DNA from: Laetmonice hystrix
Lineage: Eukaryota
DNA length: 64,000 nucleotides
Assembly (NCBI GenBank): GCA_965235115.1
Contig: OZ249436.1
Span: forward strand, 19,532,001 to 19,596,000
Direction of reading: 5' to 3'
Part shown: one piece after another, positions 1 to 14,140 of the stretch
Numbering within the stretch: position 1 is the stretch's first letter
Layout: each line of letters starts with the position of its first letter
The notes under the pieces: generated by a model
Database searches by the model: none
Told to the model about the DNA's origin: nothing
The model's input: the letters and a program-made list of their open reading frames with translations, nothing else
Translations under genes and position numbers: made by a program

Positions 1-854
1 CAAGGACCTTGTTAGCAGGCACAGCCACGCGGTTGTCGCTAAATCCGGCCCCAAATATCGATCCACGTTTTCGGTGTTTAAAATAGACGCCACCAGCCTC
101 CTACAACGCTGAGTGACACAACCATGGACGGTACTATGTATACATGCCGTACTTAAACGTTGGAGATAACAGTTTACTGATTGTTTAAATTAATATCAAT
201 CTCGACTCAGATGCGGGTAAACAATGGTGGAAGTGCATAATTATATTCTGAGAACTTTGTAATTATATCAGATGAGTGCGACATTTTAGACTCGCACACT
301 TTATGGAGTTATGTGTCGTGATATCAAAACACGCACAAAATGTTTTTTAAAAGCCTTCAGGGAATGATTTCCAAATGCTGTATCAATAATTGCCAAGAGT
401 TTCCCATGTCATTGAATATGAGTCGAGGGGTTCCAATTTAATTTCAGAGTGTCGGCTTATGAATTAATACCTTTCTGCCAGTAGACGAAACCTACCAAAA
501 ACGTTTACCTCCACCGTTGGGTTGTAATACTGAAATAAATCCATTTAATCGGTGTGCCCCTAGTGAGACTCTACCACTGTGTACTCGGTCCATGTCTAGG
601 TTTAACGAAATCAATCGATCTGCCCCATTATCACCGCTCTCCACGTCAAACTGTTATAACTCAGCTTTCACTTATTTAGACATAGTATTTCTTTCAAATA
701 TTCCTTATATTTGGCAAATGTAATGAGTGGAGCCTTGTCACAGCCGTCTTCAGACACACACACAAAGACAGTAATCATATCAATGTTCTCTCAGACCCTC
801 AACTCGCAGTCAGTTAACATCAGGTCTGTGTCTGTACCGTCTCCGGCGGTCGGT

Positions 855-1490
855 CTCCGCTCATCATTCCCAAACTATGAATACATTACTAAACCTGCAA
901 GGATCCATATAGGTGGTCCATAACACCCGAATAGCCTGACTCAGTCTCTGCTCATCATTCCCAAACTATGAATACATTACTAAACCTGCAAGGATCCATA
1001 TAGGTGGTCCATAACACCCGAATAGTCTGACTCGGTCTCCGCTCATCATTCCCAAACTATGAATACATTACTAAACCTGCAAGGATCCATATAGGTGGTC
1101 CATAATACCCGAATAGCCTGACTCAGTCTCCGCTTATCATTCCCAAACTATGAATACATTACTAAACCTGCAAGGGTCCATATAGGTGGTCCATAACACC
1201 CGAATAGCCTGACTCAGTCTCCGCTCATCATTCCCAAACTATGAATACATTACTAAACCTGCAAGGATCCATATAGGTGGTCCATAACACCCGAATAGTC
1301 TGACTCGGTCTCCGCTCATCATTCCCAAACTATAAATACATTACTAAACCTGCAAGGATCCATATAGGTGGTCCATAACACCCGAATAGTCTGACTCGGT
1401 CTCCGCTCATCATTCCCAAACTATGAATAGCCTACATTACTAAACCTGCAAGGATCCATATAGGTGGTCCATAACACCCGAATATTCTGA
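855..1490. repeat. Tandem repeat, ~91-bp unit, ~7 copies
   Basis: Unit ctccgctcatcattcccaaactatgaatacattactaaacctgcaaggatccatataggtggtccataacacccgaatag(c/t)ctgactc(a/g)gt recurs at 855, 946, 1037 and onward. Confidence 0.95.
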
Positions 1491-1965
1491 CACAGTTACT
1501 GACCTTTTGATGAATAACGGCAAAGGGCGTTGGAAGATGGAACCATGTAGAGTCTGTTAAGGTAATTTTGGTAAATATGAACATAATCAAATGAGCACAT
1601 CTTTTTCGAGTAATGTTTGAGCAATATCTTATTGCGTACATTTCGGCATGCTATCGTTTTCGTTGAATATAAAGGCTCCTCGACAGTATGACGGAAAGTT
1701 GTTTCTCTAAACTTATTAAACAGAATCAGTATAGAAATTTTTGTAAGACGTTAACTGGATCTCATTATTCAGGAGGTCAATATTAAAACGCCGTTTTATT
1801 TTCTGTAAGTTTATAGATTGCAGCCAGTATCTATCGGCGTGTCTCTATGCACGAGATGAGGTCAGACATCAAATGCTGATTACCAAATTAGCGGATCCAA
1901 TAATCATTAGATTGACCTGAAGGACAGAAAACTCCCGCAGGCCAGTCGGCGTCATGTCTGTATCC

Positions 1966-1983
1966 GACCGCTGGGGGGCGCTG
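1966..1983 (+). promoter_or_regulatory. CTCF-like motif
   Basis: gaccgctggggggcgctg resembles the CCASYAGRKGGCRS core; motif match only. Confidence 0.3.
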
Positions 1984-2069
1984 ATATAGATCGACCAACA
2001 TGACGAGCTGAACGTGTTAGCTCGCAGTCCATCGATCTCTCGTCAGCATTCTCCAGCTCAGCCCGACCG

Positions 2070-2596
2070 CCGGGGTACCGGGTATCATGTACCGGGTACC
2101 ATATACCGGGTATCATGTACCGGGTAACCGGGGTACCGGGTATCATGTACCGGGTACCGGGTATCATGTACCTGGGTATCATGTACCGGGCTAGCGGGTA
2201 TCATGTACCTGGGTATCATGTACCGGGGTACCGGGTATCATGTACCGGGTATCATGTACCTGGGTATCATGTACCGGGTAATCATGTACTGGTAACCGGG
2301 GTACCGGGTATCATGTACCGGGTATCATGTACCGGGTATCATGTACCGGGTAACCGGGGTACCGGGGTATCATGTACCGGGGTATCATGTACCGGGGTAT
2401 CATGTACCGGGGTATCATGTACCGGGGTATCATGTACCGGGTAACCGGGGTACCGGGGTATCATGTACCGGGTATCATGTACCGGGTATCATGTACCGGG
2501 TAACCGGGGTACCGGGTATCATGAACCTGGTAACTGGGTCACCGGGGTATCATATACCAGGTAACTGGGGTACTGGGGTACTAAGTACCGGGTGTC
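2070..2596. repeat. Degenerate GC-rich tandem repeat, 14-16-bp units (ccgggtatcatgta / ccgggtaaccggggta)
   Basis: Seen directly; it explains the YHVPG/VSCTG pseudo-ORFs. Confidence 0.95.
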
Positions 2597-2945
2597 GTGT
2601 GACATTTGTGAGGTCACAGTGATCCATGAAAGCGCCTTATAACTGCCATCGACACCTACCTGTGAAAATGTTTCACAGGTTTTCCTGGATAGAAGCTTGG
2701 TTTTCATGGTTCTCAATGAGATTCAACCTCTGTTCAACCTATTATTCGGCCTCTCTCTCAATATGGAATAGCATGTGGAAAATTAGGCTGAACGTGGAAA
2801 TCATTCCAACCATAAAATCCAAATGTTGAACAAATTTCGCTTAGAAATCTAATTTTACCGCATTATAAAACTTCCATTTTTTCTAATACGAATCTGAGGT
2901 TTTGAAGCTTTCAGTGCCAGGCATTGATTTCAACCTGTGAACGTA

Positions 2946-3008
2946 TCCATCAGTATTAGGAATCCAGTATTAGGTATCCAGTATCAGGTATCCAGTATTA
3001 GGTATTAG
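2946..3008. repeat. Short tandem repeat, ~14-bp unit tccagtattaggta, ~4 copies
   Basis: Seen directly. Confidence 0.8.
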
Positions 3009-3894
3009 CATCTAGCAGCAGACAGCATAGGGCACAGACTTCCCAGGCCATCACAACGAGCTGGTCGGCCTTGTACGAGCTGGGAGAGGCACACATCAAA
3101 CTGATATTTTAATGGAGATGGAATGTCAAAATACAGGTTTCCTCTCTCCCATTTCTTTCCCTTTCCCATTGTTGTGGTTTTTTCTTTTGTTGGTTTCCCT
3201 TTTATACGCGCAGCGCGTCGCTCGGAAGAGAAGAAACGTGAGAATTGCTCGAAGCTGACAGCGGAGAACCCGCTATTTGACATGAATTGGGTATGATTCT
3301 TTAAGCACGGCACAGATTCATCTCATAAACTATCGGCGGCATGATAAGTGAATGTCTCTCCCCGTCTATGAAATGAGAAAACATGCCGTGGTGGCTCGAT
3401 GATCACGTGTGACAGGACGGTGCACACAAAACCCAGCGTCTATTATCTGCGGGATGAACCAGTGATGACGATTGACAGCCAGCAAGACGTTCCGCATCCT
3501 CCCCCAGTCTCAGCAACCAGCGTCCGTATCAAAGAACCTACTTGTCTCCCCACAACACACGGCGACAATTAATTACTGCCGAGTCCACATCTTGTTAACT
3601 AGATTTATCGCTTCGCTTAATATATTGTGTAGGCTCCGCTGCGAGCTGATTGCTTGTATTGTATGAACACTCCGAAAAGTGCCATTTTTAGTTGGGTCCT
3701 ATTAGGGGAAGCATATTTATAACATCTTAAATACCCTAGGCACACATTGTGTGGAGTCGGCTACAAATACGGAGGCGGGATGAAAATGTAGGGACGGGAC
3801 GGGGCAAAGGTCAGTTCCCGAGCAGGGAGGACATGATCTAATCAAATCACATGACCCAATCTACATGTGAAAGTGCGCGTTACACGGCCAATGA

Positions 3895-5118
3895 AGATGA
3901 TTGTTCTAACTCCCAGGTCACACGCCCAGAGATGATTGTTCTAACTCCCAGGTCACAAACCCAGAGATTATTGTTCTAACTCCCAGGTCACACACCCAGA
4001 GATGATTGGTCTAACTCCCAGGTCACACACCCAGGGATGATTGTTCTAACTCCCAGGTCACACACCCAGAGATGATTGTTCTAACTCCCAGGTCACACAC
4101 CCAGAGATGATTGGTCTAACTCCCAGGTCACACACCCAGGGATGATTGTTCTAACTCCCAGGTCACACACCCAAAGATGATTGTTCTAACTCCCAGGTCA
4201 CAAACCCAGAGATGATTTTTCTAACTCCCAGGTCACACACCAAGAGATGATTGTTCTAACTCCCAGGTCACACACCCAGAGATTATTGTTCTAACTCCCA
4301 GGTCACACACCCAGAGATTATTGTTCTAACTCCCAGGTCACACACACAGAGATTATTGTTCTAACTCCCAGGTCACACACCCAGGGATGATTGTTCTAAC
4401 TCCCAGGTCAACACCCAGAGATGATTGTTCTAACTCCCAGGTCACAAACCCAGAGATGATTCTTCTAACTCCCAGGTCACACACCCAGGGATGATTGTTC
4501 TAACTCCCAGGTCACACACCCAGAGATGATTGTTCTAACTCCTAGGTCACACACCCAGAGATTATTGTTCTAACTCCCAGGCCACACACCCAGAGATGAT
4601 TGTTCTAACTCCTAGGTCACACACCCGGAGATTATTGTTCTAACTCCCAGGTCACACACCCAGAGATGATTGTTCTAACTCCTAGGTCACACACCCAGAG
4701 ATGATTGTTCTAACTCCTAGGTCACACACCCAGAGATTATTGTTCTAACTCCCAGGTCACACACCCAGAGATGATTGTTCTAACTCCCAGGTCACACACC
4801 CAGAGATGATTGTTCTAACTCCCAGGTCACAAACCCAAAGATGATTGTTCTAACTCCCAGGTCACACACCCAGAGATGATTGTTCTAACTCCCAGGTCAC
4901 ACACCCAGAGATGATTGTTCTAACTCCCAGGTCACACACCCAGAGATGATTGTTCTAACTCCCAGGTCACACACCCAGAGATGATTGTTCTAACTCCCAG
5001 GTCACACACCCAGAGATGATTGTTCTAACTCCTAGGTCACACACCCAGAGATTATTGTTCTAACTCCCAGGTCACACAACCAGAGATGATTGTTCTAACC
5101 CCTAGGTCACACACCCAG
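3895..5118. repeat. Minisatellite, 35-bp unit, ~35 copies
   Basis: Unit agatgattgttctaactcccaggtcacacacccag; period 35 (3901, 3936, 3971). Confidence 0.97.
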
Positions 5119-5622
5119 TCCCTACTGGGCGAACAGAGTGACGCTTCTTGTGCAGAATTGAAATGTGCAACTCAGGCCAACACGTAAATCTACACGTAGG
5201 CCACGGAAATCTGAGAAAGGCCAACCACAGTTCAATTATGTAAACCCGGGCAGAAGGTTGGCTATAGGTCACGTTTTGCTCATTAAAATCATTGAGCTGT
5301 TCCTGCTGTCGGTATACGGTAAGCTACCGAGAACCCATGCCCCGGGTGCCTCGTCTCCCTCGTATTACCGAGGATAGCAGCAAGGATTTTCGTTTTCAAC
5401 TGGACGCAAAGTGAAGAATAATTCGTAAAATAGATTAATTCAATGGTTGACGTTTCCATTTTGATAACGAGGCGTTCTTTGGACGTATTGGTGCATCTTG
5501 AAATATCCTTAAACACTATCAGTGACCAGACCGAGGCTCGTGCGACGTCAGTACATGTATATGAACGCCGCCATGATGACGTTCGACATCTCGTCCGATC
5601 TCGTAACATCTTGTTCTCTCTG

Positions 5623-5641
5623 TGGCCACAAGAGGGCGCTG
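5623..5641 (+). promoter_or_regulatory. CTCF-like motif
   Basis: tggccacaagagggcgctg is close to the consensus TGGCCACCAGGGGGCGCT; motif match only. Confidence 0.35.
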
Positions 5642-7200
5642 TCATCGGATCTCGTAGTTCCCGGAAACGAGGTCGGCTCCTCATTACGACCAGGTCCCGC
5701 CTGGCGGAAATATTTCAGTCTTCAAAGAAGCCCCCTATTATCGTGGCTTGCATGTGACTGCCTTTGACATCCTGGCTGGAATTACTACAGCAACTCAAGT
5801 TGCTCCCCAGATTGTTAGTAATCTCTCTCAGAGGTTCATACATCTTCCCTACGCCTATAACCAAAGTCCGTATGATATAACTTTTATTTCTTAATCGCAT
5901 GTAAAAGGTGCCCAAATTGCTATACCTTAGGTCTATTATAGTCCGCAGTGCCTGTACTTCCATGTGTGGTTAATTTCACTTAAACCTCCTAGCTAGGTTA
6001 GCTGACTATCTGCCTTGTGTCACAGCGTCTGAAGGCCACATAAATCGATTGTGGCTGACGTGCCTACCACATAAAAGTTAGCAACCAAAGAGAGTGTGAA
6101 AAAATGCGGTGTTCCTCTTTGTGCCTAGGATAGGCTAACCCCGCTTATCCTTACGATTAATTACATGCCGGAGACTGTGAATCAAATGTTTCTTAATTTC
6201 TGTGGACCTTGCTATCCCAGCGGACAGCACGGCCATGGAGGTATAGCAGTTCATGAGGTAACATTACGACGCATGTCAAGTCCTGAAATTGTTCCTAATC
6301 CTCGAAAGATAGATTTCTTCCGCGGCTTCCGAGGAGCTAATGTGAGAGTTTGATAAATATGTACGAATGATGCGTGAATGTCGAGGTTTCATTAGAGTAA
6401 GGATCTTTAGAGTAAGGGGGACCTTCAGACAAAGGATCAACGTTCAGCTTTCTAGATCCCAACATAAGACATTGAAATGTTATAATATATTGGGTATCTC
6501 CTATCCTGGCCCGGGCCTGGGTGGCCGCCTTCTCCCAGTCGTTGGGTGATGTCAGAGACTTGACAGAGTACTTGTCCACGAACGGTATCAGACACTCCCA
6601 GACAGGCGACTAAGTCCTCCCGTCTGACAGCGAGTCAGGACGATCGAGCACGTATCTTTAATTGATTGGACTAGCTGGGTGGGTTGGAGGGGGTAAGGGA
6701 TGTGGTTGGGGTGAAGAAGGGGGAAAGGGGTGGGGTTGGGGTACATGATTGTATTCTGTGTGTTCCCTGTTTAGCGGTTTCTCCGGTACAAACAACTCTG
6801 CATAGTCAATAATCAATGTCGACGTTTTACTATAGCTACCTCGAGTTTCACAAACATTCTTCCGCGGGGACTGGTTTCACAATGTCCCTTTTAGGAGACA
6901 CCATAATGAGGGAAATACAATACATTTGGATACCATGCGTGCAACCAGCACGGGACCTTTAACTTCTTTTGAGAAATAATGGCATGACAAAGTGCCCGAC
7001 AAATTCATGAAGAACGGAATGTGGATAGAAAGCACTGCAAACTTCCTTCCTTACCCAAATAAATTGTGATATGTGAAAGGAGTTGTAGACCCTTTGTCCT
7101 TCACTGCTTTGCACATCGTATAATCATATCTGTATATATATAAAATAGAGTAACAAATAAAAGGCGTTTCAGGACAGAAAGTAAGAGAAGTTGTACTTAC

Positions 7201-7313
7201 CAAAGGGGTTTAGGTTGCAGGGTTGGGGGACGAGGGTGGCCCGGATCAGGGCGTTAGGGAACGGATCCAACCGGGTATAATTTGAGTCCACATGGAAGCT
7301 GCTTCAGGTCACC
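7201..7313 (-). other. Putative internal exon (113 nt), stop codons in all three frames; 5'UTR or lncRNA exon
   Basis: Minus-strand acceptor tgtttttgttttccccacag| at 7314 and donor TTG|gtaagta at 7200, both near consensus. Confidence 0.6.
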
Positions 7314-9389
7314 CTGTGGGGAAAACAAAAACAGTCTACGTCACCAACAGCTGCAATCTCTGCCAGCTGACGTCACTCGCGTCACGTAGATAGACTGTGA
7401 CGTCACATCACGTCAGCACATATTGATGTTTCATCACATGATCACACTGTAATGGTTCTGCCGTACCTCGTTACCGTACTTAGGTAAGCAGGGCCTAACA
7501 CAAATGTTTTATGTTAGGAAATTTGAAACCCTTCGTCAGAAATATAGTTTTTCGTATCATTACTACTATTATCAACATGTAGTCCCAATAATTAAAAACT
7601 TCAATAAAAAAACATTAGCCGACAGCGATATAAATATTTCGATGGCGAAGTTAAATAGGTCCACATAGGTGAGTGGCTCCTTCCATGTCTTCAACGATTT
7701 GTTGTATAAACCTGGTTTCATCGAGTCACGTGTTCAGTCATGTTCTGCGAGCCTACCAGGGTAGGCCGACAGACAGGGTCTGCGTGTCTGGGGCTGAGGA
7801 TGGCAGCTAGGAGCTCCGACCCATCAATACTTGATTACACATCCCCGCAGACATACTCGTAACGTGCCGGCTGGCCACACGTGGGCCACACCTGAGCCAC
7901 ACCTGAGCCACACATGAGCGTTCATTTTAACGCCAGCCTTTTCACTAAATGATTTTACCTGGAATCACACAACATGATTGATTCACCTGAGCCCTGTTTA
8001 CACGCCTGCCTGGAGGCGAGCAATCAATTAATCTCCCGCACTGTCCGTCTTCCTTTAACTGGCAGTTGGTACGTGGAGGTATTCCTTTAACAATCCAAGC
8101 CACTGACCGGATATGTTATTCTACAGTCGAGGCAGTGCTTCCTTCCACCAATAGGGAGTAATTTTTATATAACAAAAATGTCCGGACTTTTCAATTGTTG
8201 GGTTTAATATGCGATGGTAGACTACCATAAAAGGAACTGTCACTTTCTAAACAAAGACACCTCAGTGAATGAGATTCCTGAAGCAAACATCGGAATTCCC
8301 GCAGCAACACATAATACATGAAGCGGCACGGCATTTAGAGTCTACTATGTGATAGTCACTGGGTCACAAAATAGATAAAATCAACATCGCAATAACTAGG
8401 TCACGGCAATATTTAGTGGATTAACATCAATAACTAGGTCACGGCAACAGTTTGTGGGTCAGAGTCTTAATAACTAGGTCATGGCAAAGTTCGTGGATCA
8501 AAATCTCAATAAGTAACTTTAGGTCATATTACAGCATCAGCATTTACGTAACGTGGTCATATAAACCCGACCGTCAGACTGTAAGTAGGAGGACTGGATA
8601 GTTTGGCCGAGCTCGTCTTAAGTTAGCGGAATCACATGGGAAGTATTATAAAGGTTAATAATATCAGTCAATTAAATACACACTACTATAAACTCGACTT
8701 GTGAGGTTGAGAGGGTGAGAAAAGGCCCATGTCATAGCTGAATGGTTATTTAGGATGATTAATGTGATCGCGTGAGTCACGAGACCTTCTTAATTAGAAC
8801 TCTGAAAAATCATGTCCAGGGTTCACATTTGTTCATGTCCTCATACAAAAGATGTACGAGTCGCCAATAACAATGGTAGGTTGTCCACTGTATTTATTCC
8901 TTCATGGGCTCCGTTCTCACCTCACCGCCCCCCCCCCACCCTCCCAGAACAGTTGTCATAGATTAGTGGAATGGATGCGTGGGATGAAGTTAATAGGATT
9001 ACCGGGGATCTCAATCTTAATCTACTTAAGCCGCGCTCATTCACAAGGCTGAAGTTTCCAGTGAGCAATCAATTTGAAACAAATACTAAAACCTTTCATA
9101 CATTTAGGCGATCCATTACGAGAAGAATCCTCTAAAAAGTGAATTCTTTCAATGATTCTATTGAGGTCCTCGCTTTATCTGTAGAGAGCAGATTTCACGG
9201 TTGGATACCTCTGAACAGTCACGGGCAGAGAACGGGGCAAACAATGACGTTTGAATTACAGTGAGCATCGGACCAACCTCCAGGACCCACAGGGTGAACC
9301 AGGGGGGGGGGTGTCTAAGGTGTCATGGGGGGATTCCTCAGGGAAATTTTGAACACCACATTTGAAATAGGGTATTCTGGTGCAATGTA

Positions 9390-11822
9390 CTTACATCCAC
9401 CCCCACGGCCACGACGTTCACGGTATTTTCATCAGTTACATCCACCCCCACAGCCATGACTTTCCCGGTATTTTCATCAGTTACATCCACCCCCACGGCC
9501 ATGACTTTCCCGGTATTTTCATCAGTTACATCCACCCCCACGGCCATGACTTTCCCGGTATTTTCATCAGTTACATCCACACCACGGCCATGACTTTCCC
9601 GGTATTTTCATCAGTTACATCCACCCCCACAGCCATGACTTTCCCGGTATTTTCATCAGTTACATCCACACCACGGCCATGACTTTCCCGGTATTTTCAT
9701 CAGTTACATCCACCCCCACAGCCATGACTTTCCCGGTATTTTCATCAGTTACATCCACCCCCACGGCCATGACTTTCCCGGTATTTTCATAGGTTACATC
9801 CACCCCTACGGCCATGACTTTCCCGGTATTTTCATCAGTTACATCCACCCCCACAGCCATGACTTTCCCGGTATTTTCATCAGTTACATCCACACCACGG
9901 CCATGACTTTCCCGGTATTTTCATCAGTTACATCCACCCCCACAGCCATGACTTTCCCGGTATTTTCATCAGTTACATCCACCCCCACGGCCATGACTTT
10001 CCCGGTATATTCCCGTCAGTTACATCCACCCCCACGGCCATGACTTTCCCGGTATTTTCATAGGTTACATCCACCCCCACGGCCATGACTTTCCCGGTAT
10101 TTTCATAGGTTACATCCACCCCCACGGCCATGACTTTCCCGGTATTTTCATCAGTTACATCCACCCCCACGGCCATGACTTTCCTGGTATTTTCATCAGT
10201 TACATCCACCCCCACGGCCATGACTTTCCCGGTATTTTCATCAGTTACATCCACCCCCACAGCCATGACTTTCCCGGTATTTTCATCAGTTACATCCACC
10301 CCCACGGCCATGACTTTCCCGGTATTTTCATAGGTTACATCCACCCCCACGGCCATGACTTTCCCGGTATTTTCATCAGTTACATCCACCCCCACAGCCA
10401 TGACTTTCCCGGTATTTTCATCAGTTACATCCACCCCCACAGCCATGACTTTCCCGGTATTTTCATCAGTTACATCCACCCCCACAGCCATGACTTTCCC
10501 GGTATTTTCATAGGTTACATCCACCCCCACGGCCATGACTTTCCCGGTATTTTCATCAGTTACATCCACCCCCACGGCCATGACTTTCCCGGTATTTTCA
10601 TCAGTTACATCCACCCCCACGGCCATGACTTTCCCGGTATTTTCATCAGTTACATCCACCCCACGGCCATGACTTCCCCGGTATTTTCATCAGTTACATC
10701 CACCCCCACGGCCATGACTTTCCCGGTATTTTCATCAGTTACATCCACCCCCACGGCCATGACTTTCCCGGTATTTTCATCAGTTACATCCACCCCCACG
10801 GCCATGACTTTCCCGGTATTTTCATCAGTTACATCCACCCCCACGGCCATGACTTTCCCGGTATTTTCATCAGTTACATCCACCCCCACGGCCATGACTT
10901 CCCCGGTATTTTCATCAGTTACATCCACCCCCACGGCCATGACTTTCCCGGTATTTTCATACGTTACATCCACCCCCACAGCCATGACTTTCCCGGTATT
11001 TTCATACGTTACATCCACCCCCACGGCCATGACTTTCCCGGTATTTTCATTAGTTACATCCACCCCCACAGCCATGACTTTCCCGGTATTTTCATACGTT
11101 ACATCCACCCCACGGCCATGACTTCCCCGGTATTTTCATCAGTTACATCCACCCCCACGGCCATGACTTTCCCGGTATTTTCATACGTTACATCCACCCC
11201 CACAGCCATGACTTTCCCGGTATTTTCATACGTTACATCCACCCCCACGGCCATGACTTTCCCGGTATTTTCATCAGTTACATCCACCCCACGGCCATGA
11301 CTTTCCCGGTATTTTCATCAGTTACATCCATCCCCACGGCCATGACTTTCCCGGTATTTTCATCAGTTACATCCACCCCCACAGCCATGACTTTCCCGGT
11401 ATTTTCATACGTTACATCCACCCCACGGCCATGACTTCCCCGGTATTTTCATCAGTTACATCCACCCCCACGGCCATGACTTTCCCGGTATTTTCATTAG
11501 TTACATCCACCCCCACAGCCATGACTTTCCCGGTATTTTCATACGTTACATCCACCCCCACGGCCATGACTTTCCCGGTATTTTCATCAGTTACATCCAC
11601 CCCCACGGCCATGACTTTCCCGGTATTTTCATCAGTTACATCCACCCCCACGGCCATGACTTTCCCGGTATTTTCATCAGTTACATCCACCCCCACGGCC
11701 ATGACTTTCCCGGTATTTTCATCAGTTACATCCACCCCCACGGCCATGACTTTCCCGGTATTTTCATCAGTTACATCCACCCCCACGGCCATGACTTTCC
11801 CGGTATTTTCATACGTTACATC
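9390..11822. repeat. Minisatellite, 45-bp unit, ~54 copies
   Basis: Unit ttacatccacccccacggccatgactttcccggtattttcatcag; occasional 44-bp units break the pseudo-ORFs. Confidence 0.98.
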
Positions 11823-13723
11823 TCTCACACAATTTATACTGATAAACCTCCAATGATCCCAAGGCAAAGTAATTATTTTTTTCTTTTCTTCTGAATAGCC
11901 AAATATGTTGCAGCCCTGTTTTCGTTCTCCGTACCGCCCCCAGTAAATGATGAATGGGACTCTTCCTTGAACGGACAAAACTCGGAACTGCGGGAGGCGT
12001 TGGTGTCTGGACAATAATAATAATAGCTGGTCTCTACTGATAACATATTCATATACCACACCGACTTGTATAAACCCATCCCAATATTTATCTCGCAGGT
12101 GTATGTACATTATCGATCAGTCTGACACCACTTGGGAAGGTGACCCACCAAATAGCGGGTATGGGTTCGGGTAAGGCTACTTGGAGAGGTCCAGGGACCG
12201 AGCCTAAGGGATAGGGTTAGAGCTGAGGATAGTGAAATATATTAATTCTCACCAACATATTTCCATGTCTTGGATTACCATGGGAAATATATCCTGTAAG
12301 AAGATACGACGATCGCGGCTGAGTCTAGGAATCCGTTAGATTAATGATTAATGTATTCAGTCCGTTTTAAAACTCGGGTTGGAGAATTCCCTGGATACGA
12401 TAACGGTTACACTCATAGCTGAAGCAGAAATTTCTGCCAAGGGACGACGTCCAAGGTGTGCGGTTTCTGGTCAGGTCTGAAAGGTACATCGGTCTCGGAG
12501 AGTGATTCCATGAGAAATCGATGGGAATAAAGGGAGTGTATGAGGTGAGCGTTCTCTCCGATCAGCCGGAATGGGTTGGAGAGGTGGGTTTGCTAATGGT
12601 AACAGCAATGGCCAGGCTCTGGCAATGGCGGCTCTAACTTATTCCTCTATAACAGGGTATAGGCGTGAAACCGTGGGAGCAAATGACTCAATTACATCCC
12701 TGACGCATCAAAAGCAAATTGAATATATAATATTGAAACAAATAGTGGCATTCTCAACCCCTTGAAATTGCTAGCCACAATTGTATAGGAATTAAGCCCA
12801 TGCTTTCTACATCCCTACACATTGACGCGTCTTCTACGGTTCCATATCGGGAGAAACTTAGATTAAGCTAGGCCTATTCTTCCTGGGTCCCATTTAATGA
12901 CGTCATAATTATTTGATTGGCGTGTGTCACTCATAATTAGATCATGGCAATTCGACTCCTGGATTTCTATAAACCAAATCTCATGAAAGATGCCAATCGT
13001 TCCTTCGAAATACCAACGTCACGTTTCACATAAAAAATCTCAGATAATCATTCTGCAAACGTTATTCTATTTGCTGTACCCTTTCGATGGCTTTCTGAAA
13101 ACATAAGTTGTTCTGACCTTAACGCCGTCTTGTTTTTATTTGCTGATCCTCACTTCTCGGGATCAATTAAACTCACAGTCCAGTGACCATCGTTTCACAA
13201 ACCTCTGAGTAACCATGGAAACAAATTGAATTCCAAGAAAACTATCTCTGTGAAAAGATGCGCCTCCACAAAGGTCAACCACACAGGGCGATATTTTAAT
13301 GCAAACGGCTTCAATTTGACCGACACTATTTTAAAATAAAAAGACCATTTTGTAATTAAACTATCAAGGCACAACTGTCTGCAAATATAATCGGTCAAAG
13401 CCATCGGTAAATATAGCTTTGCTCTTTTATTTCAGGCACTTATCTTCTCTCCCCGTCCCCGCCCCCTGCCCTCTTAGGTCCCGTTTGTAATGTGACCGGC
13501 AAATATTACCGCCTGACGGAGAAATACCACAATATTCATCCTCGAAATAAATGTCCCCCTTTTTTGTCTATCTCTCTTTCTATTTCAATGAGGAGGAATT
13601 CTTTCCCGTGAACTTCGACCTCGTAGATTAATCACAACAATGGCTGCCAGTGTGAAGCCACGTCTTATCGTGGGTTGAAGCCACACGCTACATATCAGCT
13701 GTACGTAATTGGACGAACAAAAA

Positions 13724-14140
13724 AGACCCTCTCAGTATTGTTGTGGACGAAGTTAAAGACCCTCTCAGTATTGTTGTGGACGAAGTTAAAGACCCTCTCA
13801 GTATTGTTGTGGACGAAGTTAAAGACCCTCTCAGTATTGTTGTGGACGAAGTTAAAGACCCTCTCAGTATTGTTGTGGACGAAGTTAAAGACCCTCTCAG
13901 TATTGTTGTGGACGAAGTTAAAGACCCTCTCAGTATTGTTGTGGACGACGTTAAAGACCCTCTCAGTATTGTTGTGGACGACGTTAAAGACCCTCTCAGT
14001 ATTGTTGTGGACGACGTTAAAGACCCTCTCAGTACTATTGTGGACGAAGTTACAGACCCTCTCAGTATTGTTGTGGACGAAGTTAAAGACCCTCTCAGTA
14101 CTATTGTGGACGAAGTTACAGACCCTCTCAGTATTGTTGT
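13724..14140. repeat. Minisatellite, 33-bp unit, ~12.5 copies
   Basis: Unit gaccctctcagtattgttgtggacgaagttaaa. Confidence 0.97.

Noticed and set aside
855..1490. ttgcAG|GTttag in the 91-bp unit (minus strand) as another recursive-site array
   Set aside because: The pyrimidine tract is poor and the donor is weak, so chance is a sufficient explanation.
9390..11822. Hammerhead-ribozyme-like core on the minus strand (CTGATGA-aaataccgg-GAAA-gtc) in every unit
   Set aside because: The spacer cannot form stem II, and I could not build stem III with a UH cleavage site or stem I. An Infernal/RNAmotif search would be the formal test.
9338..12110. Long repetitive ORFs (VDVTDENTGKVMAVG / TFPVFSSVTSTPTAM) suggesting a mucin-like protein
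   Set aside because: They arise from a 45-bp satellite. Frequent 44-bp units shift the frame, both strands are open, and there is no unique coding flank or splice support.
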